A stretch of DNA of 64,000 nt from a virus (taxonomy: Duplodnaviria; Caudoviricetes), in IMG/VR virus record IMGVR_UViG_3300049982_000332, positions 916 through 64,915 of that record. One strand, given 5' to 3'. The notes under the pieces were generated by a model that was given only the letters and a program-made list of their open reading frames with translations, did not search any database and was not told the origin of the DNA. Positions 26,751-36,498 of the stretch are shown here, in pieces. The number at the start of each line of letters is the position of its first letter. Positions within the stretch are counted from its first letter, which is position 1. The translations under genes and the position numbers were made by a program.

Positions 26751-28478
26751 ATGCCCCTGACGTCGCGCACCCAGTACCCGACCCCGGACATGTGGAACAC
26801 GTTCGGGCACTCCTACCTGGCGTTCACGGGCGGCTCGGTCGACCAAACCGGTCGGTTCGACGCCCTGTTCCGCGCCTCGCTGGACATCGAATACACCAAC
26901 TGGCGGAACAGGGCGGTCAGCGGCGCACAGCTGATCCTGCAGGGCCGCAAACTGGGCGGGTTCAGCCGCATCTTGCAGGAGAGCGGCAAGAACACCTTCC
27001 GGGGTGCCCCCTACACCGCCGACGGCGGTGCGCTGCTCATGTGCTACGGCATCAACGACCTCGGCAACAGCGGCCCCGGCGCCACGTTCGCCTCGCTGAA
27101 CACCACGTACGGGCACGTGCTGCGGGCGGCTATCTCGCTGTGGCGTGCCGCCCGCGTGTTCGACGACACCGACGCCTCGATCAGCTACGGCGCCGGGTTC
27201 ACCCAAGGGGTTGGCACCGCGGACTGGTCGTTCGGCAACAGCACCCGCAATGCCACGGCCCTGACGAACGCGACGTTCACGATCACGCTGCCCGCCGACT
27301 ACGACGGCTCGCCGATCTCCATCTGCCTCGACGGGAACAGCACCAACGGCGGCACCGTCACCTGGTCGGGAACAGCCGGGGTCACCGGGACCACGTCCAC
27401 GTCGGGGGTTGTCGCCGCCGCCCTGTTCACCCACTCCAAAATGGTGAAGCGGATCACCAACCTGACCTCGGCCAACGCCGGGCAGACCATCATCGGCACT
27501 GTCACCCAACTGGACGCCGGCGGGTCGGTGTCGTTCGACTGCTGGTGGATCGAAGCGAAAGCAGCGCCTCCGATCATCGTGTGCAACGTGGCCCGGCTGG
27601 TTACCGCCGGATACGCCTTGTACGCGGCGTGGACGGGCACCGAGGCGGCCAAGGACCAGCAGGTGCTGGACTTGAACGCGGTCATCGCCGGGATCGTCGC
27701 CGAGTTCGACGCGATGGTGCAGATCGCCGATATCGACAGCGCCATGAACAAGACCGCCGCCTACTACTGGGACGGTCTACACCCCAACGAGCTCGGCGCG
27801 GCGCGGTGCGCCGACGCGTGCATGGTCGCGCTGCGCCGCATGACCCCGACGACAGACGTGGGTATCGCTGCGAACTTCAACGTCCCCTCGCCGCGGCAAG
27901 GTGCCGTCATACGGTCACGCCGGAATGGCGTGTACTACACGGCGGAACACCGGGCCAACGGCACCGCTGCCGCCATGGTGGTCCAGACGCAGTACTGGCT
28001 TCCCTGGGTGGTCTGCCAGGGCAGGGAGCGGTGCGTGCGGATGGCGCTGGCTACTGCGGCGGCCGGTTCGACCCAGAGCACCATCCGGTGGGGCATCTAC
28101 GATGACGTCGGCTGGACCGGGTACCCGCAATGCCTGGTGCAGGAGTTGACCACGGCGGGCGCCTTCTCGGTTCCTAACACCGCGAACGTGCTGGCTCAAT
28201 GTCCGGCGTCGGGCACCGGGTCGATGAATCTGACCTTGGACCCCGGTCTGTACTGGCTGTCGGTCAAGTGCATCACCGCAGGAACCAGCCAGACCTTCGT
28301 GAACCTCGCCGGCCCGGGGGCGTTTCTGATGCCGAACTTGAACCAGACCAGCGGGCTGAGTCTCCCCGGGCTCGGCTGGTCGCTGGCGAGCCAGGGCACG
28401 GGGGCGTTGGCCGATGTCGCGGCGTCCGGTGCGACGCAGGCCGACAACATTCCGATGATGGCGCTCCAGCTCTTCTAA
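26751..28478 (+). CDS. SGNH/GDSL-hydrolase-domain virion protein
   Basis: FGHSY (block I), YGIND (block III), DGLHP (block V) plus beta-rich inserted and C-terminal domains. Confidence 0.75.
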   Translation: MPLTSRTQYPTPDMWNTFGHSYLAFTGGSVDQTGRFDALFRASLDIEYTNWRNRAVSGAQLILQGRKLGGFSRILQESGKNTFRGAPYTADGGALLMCYGINDLGNSGPGATFASLNTTYGHVLRAAISLWRAARVFDDTDASISYGAGFTQGVGTADWSFGNSTRNATALTNATFTITLPADYDGSPISICLDGNSTNGGTVTWSGTAGVTGTTSTSGVVAAALFTHSKMVKRITNLTSANAGQTIIGTVTQLDAGGSVSFDCWWIEAKAAPPIIVCNVARLVTAGYALYAAWTGTEAAKDQQVLDLNAVIAGIVAEFDAMVQIADIDSAMNKTAAYYWDGLHPNELGAARCADACMVALRRMTPTTDVGIAANFNVPSPRQGAVIRSRRNGVYYTAEHRANGTAAAMVVQTQYWLPWVVCQGRERCVRMALATAAAGSTQSTIRWGIYDDVGWTGYPQCLVQELTTAGAFSVPNTANVLAQCPASGTGSMNLTLDPGLYWLSVKCITAGTSQTFVNLAGPGAFLMPNLNQTSGLSLPGLGWSLASQGTGALADVAASGATQADNIPMMALQLF

Positions 28479-28490
28479 CGGGGGGCTGCG

Positions 28491-30404
28491 GTGCCGCTTC
28501 TGCTGCTCCCCAGGTCTGCTGTCGCCGCTGGGACGTCGCCGCCGACGCTGGTCGCCGACTACGTCACCTCGTGGGGCACCGCCACCAGCCCGCAGACCGG
28601 ATCGGTCACGGTGGGTGTCGGCGACCAGCTCGTGGTCGTCGCCGGGTCGGAAGACGCGGCCAACACGATTTCCACCCCCACGGGTGGCGGCCTCACCTAC
28701 ACCCTGCGGCAGTCGGTGGTGGTGGCCAGCAACTCCACCGCCTACGGGTGGACGGCCCCCTCCGCGTCCGCGCAGACGTTCACCCTGTCGGCGACCAAAG
28801 CCTTGGCCGGATTCTGGGGCTGGGACGCGCTGCGGTTCTCCGGATCCGACGGCATCGGCGCCTCCAGCAAGACCAACAGCACGGGCGCTCCGTCCCTGTC
28901 GATCACGACGACGCAGGCCAACAGCGCGATCGTCGTCGTGGTCACCGACTGGAACGCCACCGACGGCGCGTCCCGCGTCTGGCGCACCGTCAACGGGATC
29001 GCCCCGACGGCGGGCAACGGCTTCGAGCGGATGTACTTCCGCAACACCACGAACTACGCCGCCTACGTCGCCTACTACCCCGACGCCGGAGCGGCTGGCG
29101 CCAAAACGGTGGGCCTGTCGGCGCCCACCACAACCCCGAAATATTCGATCGTCGCCATCGAGGTGCTGGGATCGTCCAGCACGCCGCCAACAAGCGTCGC
29201 CGGTCTGGCTGCGCTCGCGCTCGGCGGGACGGGCACGGTCAGCAAGAAGGCGGTAGCCGCCGGCACGTCGCCTCTCGCGGGGGCCGCATCTGCTACGACG
29301 CGGAAAGTCGTGTCGGTCGCGGGTGTGGCCGCGATGGGGCTCGCCGGCTCCGTGGCGGTCCGCAAGGCGGCGCCTGCAACAGGCGTCGGGCCGGTGCTCG
29401 TGTCGGCCGCAGGGACGGCCCGCAAGTCGGCCCCTGCCGTAGGAGCGGGCACGCTGGCCGCCTCCGCGGTGGCCACGGCCCGCAAGACGGCACCCGCCGG
29501 AGGCGCCTCACCTCTCGCAACTGCTGCGCAGTCGACGGCCCGCAAGGTCGTCACCGAGACCTACAGGTCCGCGGTTGCGCTGACAGGCACCTCGAGCGGA
29601 CGGAAAACCGCGGTCACCTCCTCCAGGGGTGTGCTCGCGCTGGCCTCGGCGGCTGTCGCACGCAAGTCGGCGCCCGCCACAGGCCGAAGCGCGCTGGCCC
29701 TGTCCGGGACGGTCGCACTCGGCAACATCGTCGCCGTCACGGGCATCGCCTCGCTCGCCTTCACCGGCGCTTCGACCATCAGGAAGACCGCGCGGCCTGT
29801 CGCCGTCGCCCCGCTGCCTCTGGCCGGCCTGGCGACCGCGGCGAAGAAAGCACCGGTGACGGGGCGATCCGCGCTGCTGCTCACCGGGTCGCGGTCGTCC
29901 ACCCCGACCCGCGCCGTAACGGCTCTGGCCGTGCTGGCGCTCACGGGCACCGGTTCCAGCACCAAGACCGCCAAGGCGGCGCCGATCGCGCCCATAGCGC
30001 TCACAGGCGCGGGAACGGCACGGCATGTAGCCCGAGTAAGCGGCTCGTCGGCGGCGCTGCTCGCCTCCACCTCCGCTGCGCGGCACATCGCGTCCGGCAC
30101 CGGCTCCAGCGCCCTGGCCCTCACAGGCGCAGGAACTGTCCGCCACCTGGCATCCGTGTCAGGCCGCGGCGTGCTCGCCCTCGCCGGGGCCCTGACGGCG
30201 CAGCATCGGGCCGTCGTCACAGGCAGGGGCTTCCTGGCGCTCGCCGCGTTCCATCTGGAGATGCCGCCGCCGGACATCGAGTTCACGGTCGGCCCTCCGC
30301 GTCTCGGCTGGCCTACGGGCCCCACAGAGCTCCGCTGGCCGTCAGGTGGCGTCCGCGTGGGGTGGCCGTCAGGAACCTTGAGGATCGGCCGGGGAGGGTC
30401 CTGA
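28491..30404 (+). CDS. Fibre-like protein: N-terminal beta domain plus 17 tandem 20-aa repeats
   Basis: Repeats at 29229-30248, see findings. Confidence 0.7.
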   Translation: MPLLLLPRSAVAAGTSPPTLVADYVTSWGTATSPQTGSVTVGVGDQLVVVAGSEDAANTISTPTGGGLTYTLRQSVVVASNSTAYGWTAPSASAQTFTLSATKALAGFWGWDALRFSGSDGIGASSKTNSTGAPSLSITTTQANSAIVVVVTDWNATDGASRVWRTVNGIAPTAGNGFERMYFRNTTNYAAYVAYYPDAGAAGAKTVGLSAPTTTPKYSIVAIEVLGSSSTPPTSVAGLAALALGGTGTVSKKAVAAGTSPLAGAASATTRKVVSVAGVAAMGLAGSVAVRKAAPATGVGPVLVSAAGTARKSAPAVGAGTLAASAVATARKTAPAGGASPLATAAQSTARKVVTETYRSAVALTGTSSGRKTAVTSSRGVLALASAAVARKSAPATGRSALALSGTVALGNIVAVTGIASLAFTGASTIRKTARPVAVAPLPLAGLATAAKKAPVTGRSALLLTGSRSSTPTRAVTALAVLALTGTGSSTKTAKAAPIAPIALTGAGTARHVARVSGSSAALLASTSAARHIASGTGSSALALTGAGTVRHLASVSGRGVLALAGALTAQHRAVVTGRGFLALAAFHLEMPPPDIEFTVGPPRLGWPTGPTELRWPSGGVRVGWPSGTLRIGRGGS

Positions 30405-30700
30405 TGGCGTACATGGCCGCGTCCAGCCGGGAAGACCTGTACGTGAAATGGGGCGTCGAAGCCGTCGGCCTGCCGGTGCAGATCGCGGTCATCCCGCGGA
30501 CGACACCCGAGGAAGAGCCCGACGACATCGCGTACATGACCGCGTCGTGGGACGGCGTATCGGGTTGGGCGACGCTGCTCGTCGGCGCAGGATCCGCCCT
30601 GGTCCTGACCCCGGACGAGTACGTGGTGTGGAGCCGGGTCACCGCCGGCTCGCAACGCCCGGTGCGACGTCATGGGTTTCTCACCGTCGGCGTGTCATGA
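30404..30700 (+). CDS. Small beta-sandwich structural protein
   Basis: TGATG coupling; coupled to terL. Confidence 0.6.
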   Translation: MAYMAASSREDLYVKWGVEAVGLPVQIAVIPRTTPEEEPDDIAYMTASWDGVSGWATLLVGAGSALVLTPDEYVVWSRVTAGSQRPVRRHGFLTVGVS

Positions 30701-32247
30701 CCGCAGTGCTTTCGCCGTGGGAGCACGCCGCCTCCCTGTTCGCCCCCAAGGTCCGCAAATGGGCGACCCCGGGCGTCATGGCCACTCAGCTGGACCGCAA
30801 CCACAGGCAGACCGCAGCTCTCGACCTCATTGACGCCGAGCTGGTCGCCCTGTTCGACGGCGACGACCACGACCGGCTCATGGTCTTCCTTCCGCCCCAG
30901 GAAGGAAAGTCCCAGAAGATCAGCCGTCGTACCCCGGCGTGGCTGCTCGCCCACGAACCGACACTGCGGATCGCGATCGTCTCCTACGCCGCGAACAAGG
31001 CGGAGCGGTGGGGCCGGCAGATCCGCCGCGACATCCTCTCCCACCCGCAGCTCGGCATCACATTGCGGCAGGACTCCAGGGCCGCCGGCCGATGGGAAAC
31101 CGAACAGGGTGGCCAGCTCGTCTGTGTCGGCATCGCGGGCGGGCTTGTCGGCGAGCCCGCCGACGTGCTGATCATCGATGACCCGGTGCAAGGCCGCGCC
31201 GAGGCGGAGTCCGTTACCTACCGCGAGGCGGCCTGGGACTGGTGGGAGTCCAATGGCTCCACACGCTTATCCTCGCGCGCCCGGGTGATTCTTATGGTTA
31301 CCAGGTGGCATGAGGACGACCTTCCGGGCAGGCTGCTCAAAAACGAGCCGGGCGACTGGCGTGTGGTGTCCATCCCCGCGATCGCCGGCGCGGGCGACCC
31401 GCTCGGCCGACGACCGGGCGAGGAACTGGCGTCCGTGCAGAACCGGAAGCCGGGGCACTTCGCCTACCTGAAATCGGTCCGCTCCTCCTACGTCTTCAAC
31501 TCGATCTACCAGCAGACCCCGGTGGCGAGCGAGGGCAACCTGTTCAAGCGCCCAGATTTCCGCTACTGGCAGGGCATGCCCGCCGACACTGCACGGCACG
31601 GCGTCCTCAACGGGCAGCGGGTCGACCTGGCCGGCCGGGTCGTCATGCTTGACGACTGCTGGCGGTTCATCACCGTCGACCTCGCCGCATCCAAACGCAC
31701 CTCAGCGGACTGGACGGTCGCCTCCGCGTGGGCCATCAGCCCCGACGGAGACCTGGTGTTGCTGGGCCGCAACCGTGGCCGGCTCGCGGAGGCCGAGCAT
31801 TGGGATCACGTCCGCCCACTGCAGCAACGCTGGGCTGCGGACACGGTGTTCATCGAACAATCGTTCATCTCCACCACTCTGGCGATCGACGCCACAGCCG
31901 CCGGGATCCCCGTGCAACCCCTTGCCGCGGATACCGACAAGGTGACCCGGGCGATCCCTGCGACGGCCCGGGTTCGGCAGCACCGCGTGTGGTTCCCCGC
32001 CGGGGTCGACTGGCTGGACGAATGGTGCGACGAGCTCGCGTCCTTCCCCTCGGCCGCACATGACGACCAGGTGGACACCCTGTCGTACGCCGCCCGGGTG
32101 GTGTCGGCGCACTGGCTGCCCATGGAGTCGGGCGAGGCCGTACGAGCGCGCCGCTCGGCGCACCCCGACGACGGGGTGATCGAACAGGCGTACACCGCGG
32201 CCACCGGCACCGGATCCGGCGTGGACCTGATGACCGTCAACTACTGA
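30697..32247 (+). CDS. terL: Terminase large subunit
   Basis: Walker A PPQEGKS, Walker B LIIDDP, TRWHEDD, nuclease TVDLA and HDDQVD. Confidence 0.95.
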   Translation: MTAVLSPWEHAASLFAPKVRKWATPGVMATQLDRNHRQTAALDLIDAELVALFDGDDHDRLMVFLPPQEGKSQKISRRTPAWLLAHEPTLRIAIVSYAANKAERWGRQIRRDILSHPQLGITLRQDSRAAGRWETEQGGQLVCVGIAGGLVGEPADVLIIDDPVQGRAEAESVTYREAAWDWWESNGSTRLSSRARVILMVTRWHEDDLPGRLLKNEPGDWRVVSIPAIAGAGDPLGRRPGEELASVQNRKPGHFAYLKSVRSSYVFNSIYQQTPVASEGNLFKRPDFRYWQGMPADTARHGVLNGQRVDLAGRVVMLDDCWRFITVDLAASKRTSADWTVASAWAISPDGDLVLLGRNRGRLAEAEHWDHVRPLQQRWAADTVFIEQSFISTTLAIDATAAGIPVQPLAADTDKVTRAIPATARVRQHRVWFPAGVDWLDEWCDELASFPSAAHDDQVDTLSYAARVVSAHWLPMESGEAVRARRSAHPDDGVIEQAYTAATGTGSGVDLMTVNY

Positions 32248-32259
32248 GCGGGAGGTGTC

Positions 32260-32493
32260 GTGGCGAATCTGCTCCCGATCACGATCCCGGTGATGCTCGG
32301 CGTCAGCGAGTCGAACGCCGAGATCGGCCGCGTCGACGTCCCCTTCAGTAAGCGGCAGATCGTCCGCGACGACGACGGCTCGCTGCATCTGGAGCTCACC
32401 GTCGACCATGGCGAACTCCGCCGTCGCCTCGCCGGGCTGCTTCGCGAGGCCGCCGACCAGTTTGAGAGGGGCCCCCTCGATGCCGATCGGTGA
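32260..32493 (+). CDS. Hypothetical protein
   Basis: GGAGG SD; lies between terL and portal. Confidence 0.65.
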   Translation: MANLLPITIPVMLGVSESNAEIGRVDVPFSKRQIVRDDDGSLHLELTVDHGELRRRLAGLLREAADQFERGPLDADR

Positions 32494-33763
32494 CGCCCCA
32501 CGCACCACCTCCGGATACATGTCCGACCATTTCGGGTACGGCGCCACGTTCGCCGACGTCACCGAAACCGTCGCCGACCTGATGTGGCCCGCCTCCATCG
32601 CCACCTACTCCAAGATGCGGACCGACCCGCAGCTCACTGCGATCCTCAACGCCTACACCCTGCCGATCCGGTCGGGAACGTGGGCGGTCGACCCGGCCGG
32701 GTGCCGCGACGAGGTCGCCGCGCTGGTCGCCGACGACCTCGGCCTGCCCATCCTCGGCGCAACCGACGGCCCCGGCCCGGCGCGGCGGAGGGGCGTGAAA
32801 TGGGACCAGCATCTGCGCCTTGCGTTGCTGATGCTGGTGTGGGGGCACATGCCGTTCGCGCAGCGCTACGAGATCCGCGACGGTCAGGCCCGGCTGGCGG
32901 AGCTGGCGGAGCGGATGCCGTCGACCATCACCGAGATCGACGTCAACGACGACGGGACGCTGAAAGGCATCGTCCAGTTCGGCGGCGACAAGGTGATCCC
33001 GGCATCCCGCCTGGTGTGGTACGCCCGGGAGCGTGAGGGCGCCGCCTGGCAGGGCCGCTCCATGCTCCGCCCCGCCTACGGCGCCTGGCTGCTCAAGCAC
33101 GACGCGTGGCGAGTCCTGGCCACGAGCAGCCGCAGGTTCGGCGCCGGTACCCCCGTCGTCCACCCGCCGCCCGGCGCAACCCCGGCGCAGGTGAACGAAG
33201 CCGCACGGCTCGCCTCGGCGGTGCGGGTGGGCGACCAGGGCGGGATTGGCCTGCCTCCCGGGTGGAGCCTGGAGCTCGCCGGGATCTCCGGCGGGGTGCC
33301 CGACACCTTGGAATTCGTGCGCTACCTCGACGGCCAAATGGCGCAGAGCGTGCTGGCCAGCGTGCTCAACCTGGACTCCTCGGCGAATGGGTCTCGCGCC
33401 CTCGGGGACACCCTGGTCGGGCTGCTGGAAATGTCGTGGATGGCGACCGCCAAAGAGATCGCCGACCCTGCCACCGCATTGTCGGTGCAGATCGTTGACT
33501 ACAACTTCGGTGAGGACGAACCCGCACCCCGGGTGGTGGCCACCGACATCAACCGTCCGGAGGTCACCGGGGAGGCCATCGCGCAGCTGATGGCGGCGGG
33601 CGCGATCACGCCCGATCCGGCGCTGGACGCCTGGCTGCGGGACCGCTACCGGCTCCCCGAGCGGGACCCGCAAGCCCCCCCGCCGGCCCCGGCGCCGCCT
33701 CCGAACCCTGCCCCCGCGCCGACGCCCGGGGTTCCCGTGCCGGTGGGCCAGCCCAATGGTTGA
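32480..33763 (+). CDS. Portal protein (Mu gp29/DUF935-like)
   Basis: YSKMRTDPQL, GRSMLRPAYGAWLLK; size and position. Confidence 0.88.
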   Translation: MPIGDAPRTTSGYMSDHFGYGATFADVTETVADLMWPASIATYSKMRTDPQLTAILNAYTLPIRSGTWAVDPAGCRDEVAALVADDLGLPILGATDGPGPARRRGVKWDQHLRLALLMLVWGHMPFAQRYEIRDGQARLAELAERMPSTITEIDVNDDGTLKGIVQFGGDKVIPASRLVWYAREREGAAWQGRSMLRPAYGAWLLKHDAWRVLATSSRRFGAGTPVVHPPPGATPAQVNEAARLASAVRVGDQGGIGLPPGWSLELAGISGGVPDTLEFVRYLDGQMAQSVLASVLNLDSSANGSRALGDTLVGLLEMSWMATAKEIADPATALSVQIVDYNFGEDEPAPRVVATDINRPEVTGEAIAQLMAAGAITPDPALDAWLRDRYRLPERDPQAPPPAPAPPPNPAPAPTPGVPVPVGQPNG

Positions 33764-35138
33764 CCTGGTCGTCCCGACGGCCCCCGCCCTGGTCACCATC
33801 CCGGGTGTGGAGTTGTGCGCGGTCGGCACGTGGAACGCCTCCACGGGCACCACGACGTTCACCCGCGAGGACCTCGCCGAATGCGTCGGCGCCCTGGACT
33901 GCCCGGGGGTGCGCAACCCCGTCTTGAAGCTGGGGCACGACGAAGCCGACGGTGCCGGGCTGCGATGGGACGGGGAGCCGACCGTCGGGTGGATCGCCAA
34001 CATGCGGATCTCCAACGACGACGCCAAGGTGATCGGCGACTACACGGGCATGCCGGGCTGGTTGGCCGGGATCCTTCCGTCGGCGTACCCGGACCGTTCG
34101 ATCGAGATGTACCGGCCGTTCGTCTGCCAGATCGGGCACACCCACCCGGCGGTCATCACCGCCGTGGCGCTGCTCGGCGTCTCCCACCCCGCGGTGGGGG
34201 TGCTGCAGTCCCTGCAGGACGTGGCCGCCCTGTACGAGGTGCAGACGGCCTCCGCTGTGCGGGCGGTTGCCCTACGCCACGGCGAGGTCGCCTACCTGAC
34301 CACCACCTCCGGGAACACTCCCTCGGGACGCCGCGCCCTGACGCCCACCGAAGCCGCCTCCGGCATGGACCCGGATGCGATCCACGCGATCTGGCAGTCC
34401 GCCCTCGACAAGCTGCTCGCCGCGTGGGACACCATCGTGCAGGCGTGGCGTGACGCCCTCGCCGCGCTCATCGCCGCCGCTGTAGGCGCAGGCGACACCG
34501 CGGCCCTCGCCGCCCTGCAGGTCGACACGGCCGAGGCCGAGAGCCTGCTCACCGACACGATGGTGACGGTCGCCGGGCTGGCCGCCGCGCAGATGGCCGC
34601 CGAAGCCGCCTCCCAGGGCGTCACGGTCGACCTGCCCGAGGTCGACGAGGCTCAGCTTGCCGACGTGGCCGTCACGGTTGTCCGGCTGCTGGCGTCCTCC
34701 ACTTCGGCTGCGGCTGGCCGCGAGGCGCTCCGTCAGGCCGTCCCCGGTGCCACGGGGGAGGACGTCGCCGCAGCGGTGACGGCCTACCTCGAGGGGCTGT
34801 CCGACCAGTGGCTGAAAGACCAGCTCGGCGGCGCGCTGAGCACCGCGCAAGCCTCCGGAAGGTTCGGCGTGCTGGACGTGGCGCCTGACGCCGTGTACGC
34901 GGCATCGGAAGTGCTCGACCAGGGCACATGCCGGCCCTGCCTGGACGAGGACGGCCACATCTTCGACTCGCTCGAGGCGGCGAAGGCCGCGTATGCCAAC
35001 GGCGGGTTCATCGACTGCCAGGGCGGACTCCGCTGCCGAGGCATCATCACCGCCCTGTGGAACCACACCTCGGCCGCCGCGCCGGGATGGCGAAGCGTGC
35101 GGGTCGGGGCGGACCGGGCCGTGTTCCTTCGCGCCTGA
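33756..35138 (+). CDS. Capsid maturation protease fused to MuF-like minor head domain
   Basis: N-terminal GTW...LKLGH...YPDRSIE...VALLG (Mu I protease-like); C-terminal VLDQGTCRPC...CQGGLRCRG (MuF-like). Confidence 0.75.
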   Translation: MVDLVVPTAPALVTIPGVELCAVGTWNASTGTTTFTREDLAECVGALDCPGVRNPVLKLGHDEADGAGLRWDGEPTVGWIANMRISNDDAKVIGDYTGMPGWLAGILPSAYPDRSIEMYRPFVCQIGHTHPAVITAVALLGVSHPAVGVLQSLQDVAALYEVQTASAVRAVALRHGEVAYLTTTSGNTPSGRRALTPTEAASGMDPDAIHAIWQSALDKLLAAWDTIVQAWRDALAALIAAAVGAGDTAALAALQVDTAEAESLLTDTMVTVAGLAAAQMAAEAASQGVTVDLPEVDEAQLADVAVTVVRLLASSTSAAAGREALRQAVPGATGEDVAAAVTAYLEGLSDQWLKDQLGGALSTAQASGRFGVLDVAPDAVYAASEVLDQGTCRPCLDEDGHIFDSLEAAKAAYANGGFIDCQGGLRCRGIITALWNHTSAAAPGWRSVRVGADRAVFLRA

Positions 35139-35194
35139 TCGCCACGCCCGTGCAGGTCAGCACGGCTACCACCGCTACACCGAAGGGTCCGACT

Positions 35195-36127
35195 ATGGCC
35201 ACGAAGGTCTCTGCCACGGCCTCAACCGAGGACATCCGCAGGGCGTACTACGAGACGGCCGGGTACTCGCTGTGGATCACCGAGTTTCAGCTTGACCCCC
35301 TACAGCTCATCGTCTGCGACGACGCCACCGGAAAGTACTTCCGGGTCGGGGTCAACCTGTCCGGCGACAACTTCACCTTCGACGACGCCGTCGAGGTGGC
35401 CGTGCAGTACGCCGACGTGCCCGCCGGAACCAAGGCGGCCCGCAGCGCCATCGCGTGGGCGTCCCGCGACGTGTCCCGCCAGGGCATGCCCGCGCCCGCT
35501 GCGAAACCTGCGGCGAAGGTGACCCCGGCGCAGGCCGCCCAGCAAATCCACAATGCTCCCGTCGCCGGTCAGGCGAACGGGCCTCACAAGAAGGAGGGAC
35601 CCGCAATGGATCCTGCCAAGATCCGGGAGGCCCTCGGTCTGACGGCCGAAGCCCCCGACACAGAGGTGCAGGCGGCGCTCGCCGCTGCCGGGCTGGCCCC
35701 GGCGCCCGCATCCACGGAGCCCGCGCCCGCGCCGACCGGCGGCGTCAACGCGGACGAGGTGCTGCCCCCGGTGCAGCCGACCGCGGCGAGCGGTGACGCG
35801 GTCCTGCTCGACCCGGTGCAGTACAACGCGCTGCGCACCTCCGCCGCCCGCGGCGAGGAGGCGTGGCGCAAGATGCGCGAGGCCGAGTGCGGCGCCGTCC
35901 TGGACGCCGCGATCAAGGCCGGGAAGTTCCCGCCGGCCCGCCGCGAGCACTACGAGAAGCTGTGGGCCGCCGACCCCGACGGCACCAAGGACATGGTGGA
36001 GAAGCTCGCCGCCAACGTCATCCCCATCATGACCTCCGGCTATCCGGGCGTCGGCGACGAGACCGAGCAGGAAATGGCGTACGCCGCGATGTACCCGACT
36101 TCGAAGGTGGGTGGCGGCCGTGGCTGA
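35195..36127 (+). CDS. Capsid scaffolding protein
   Basis: Ala/Pro-rich; AIKAGKFPPARR...P motif; position before capsid genes. Confidence 0.75.
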   Translation: MATKVSATASTEDIRRAYYETAGYSLWITEFQLDPLQLIVCDDATGKYFRVGVNLSGDNFTFDDAVEVAVQYADVPAGTKAARSAIAWASRDVSRQGMPAPAAKPAAKVTPAQAAQQIHNAPVAGQANGPHKKEGPAMDPAKIREALGLTAEAPDTEVQAALAAAGLAPAPASTEPAPAPTGGVNADEVLPPVQPTAASGDAVLLDPVQYNALRTSAARGEEAWRKMREAECGAVLDAAIKAGKFPPARREHYEKLWAADPDGTKDMVEKLAANVIPIMTSGYPGVGDETEQEMAYAAMYPTSKVGGGRG

Positions 36128-36497
36128 TTACACCCCGGTCTTCCCGCTCGCACCGGGCCCGTTCACCTCGCAGGCGTCGGGCACCATCACCGGCGGCGAC
36201 CTGGTCGCGGTGTCCGGTTCGGGCACCGTCGCCTCCGCAGCCGCCGGCGCATCCGCGATCGGCGTCGCCGCGCACGACGCGGTCACCGGCCAGAAGGTGG
36301 CCGTGCACCCGCTCAAGCAGGTCCACGAGACGCTCGCCGGCGTTGCCGGTGTCACGGCCGGGAACCCGCTGAAGGTGGGTGCCAGCCCGAGCAAGCTCGT
36401 TTTGTGGGTGACCGGCACCGACGGCGCGGAGAAGTGGGTCGGCGTCGCGCTGACCACGGCCGCCGCGGACGCCACTCTTCGCTGGATTGGACGCTGA
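36120..36497 (+). CDS. Capsid cement/decoration protein
   Basis: ITGGDLVAV...GVAAHDAVTG DUF2190-like pattern. Confidence 0.75.
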   Translation: MADYTPVFPLAPGPFTSQASGTITGGDLVAVSGSGTVASAAAGASAIGVAAHDAVTGQKVAVHPLKQVHETLAGVAGVTAGNPLKVGASPSKLVLWVTGTDGAEKWVGVALTTAAADATLRWIGR

Positions 36498-36498
36498 C

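Noticed and set aside
28199-30700. 833-aa + strand ORF overlapping the repeat fibre gene
   Set aside because: Arg/Gly-rich off-frame shadow typical of high-GC DNA; only its last 98 codons (30404-30700) look like a real gene
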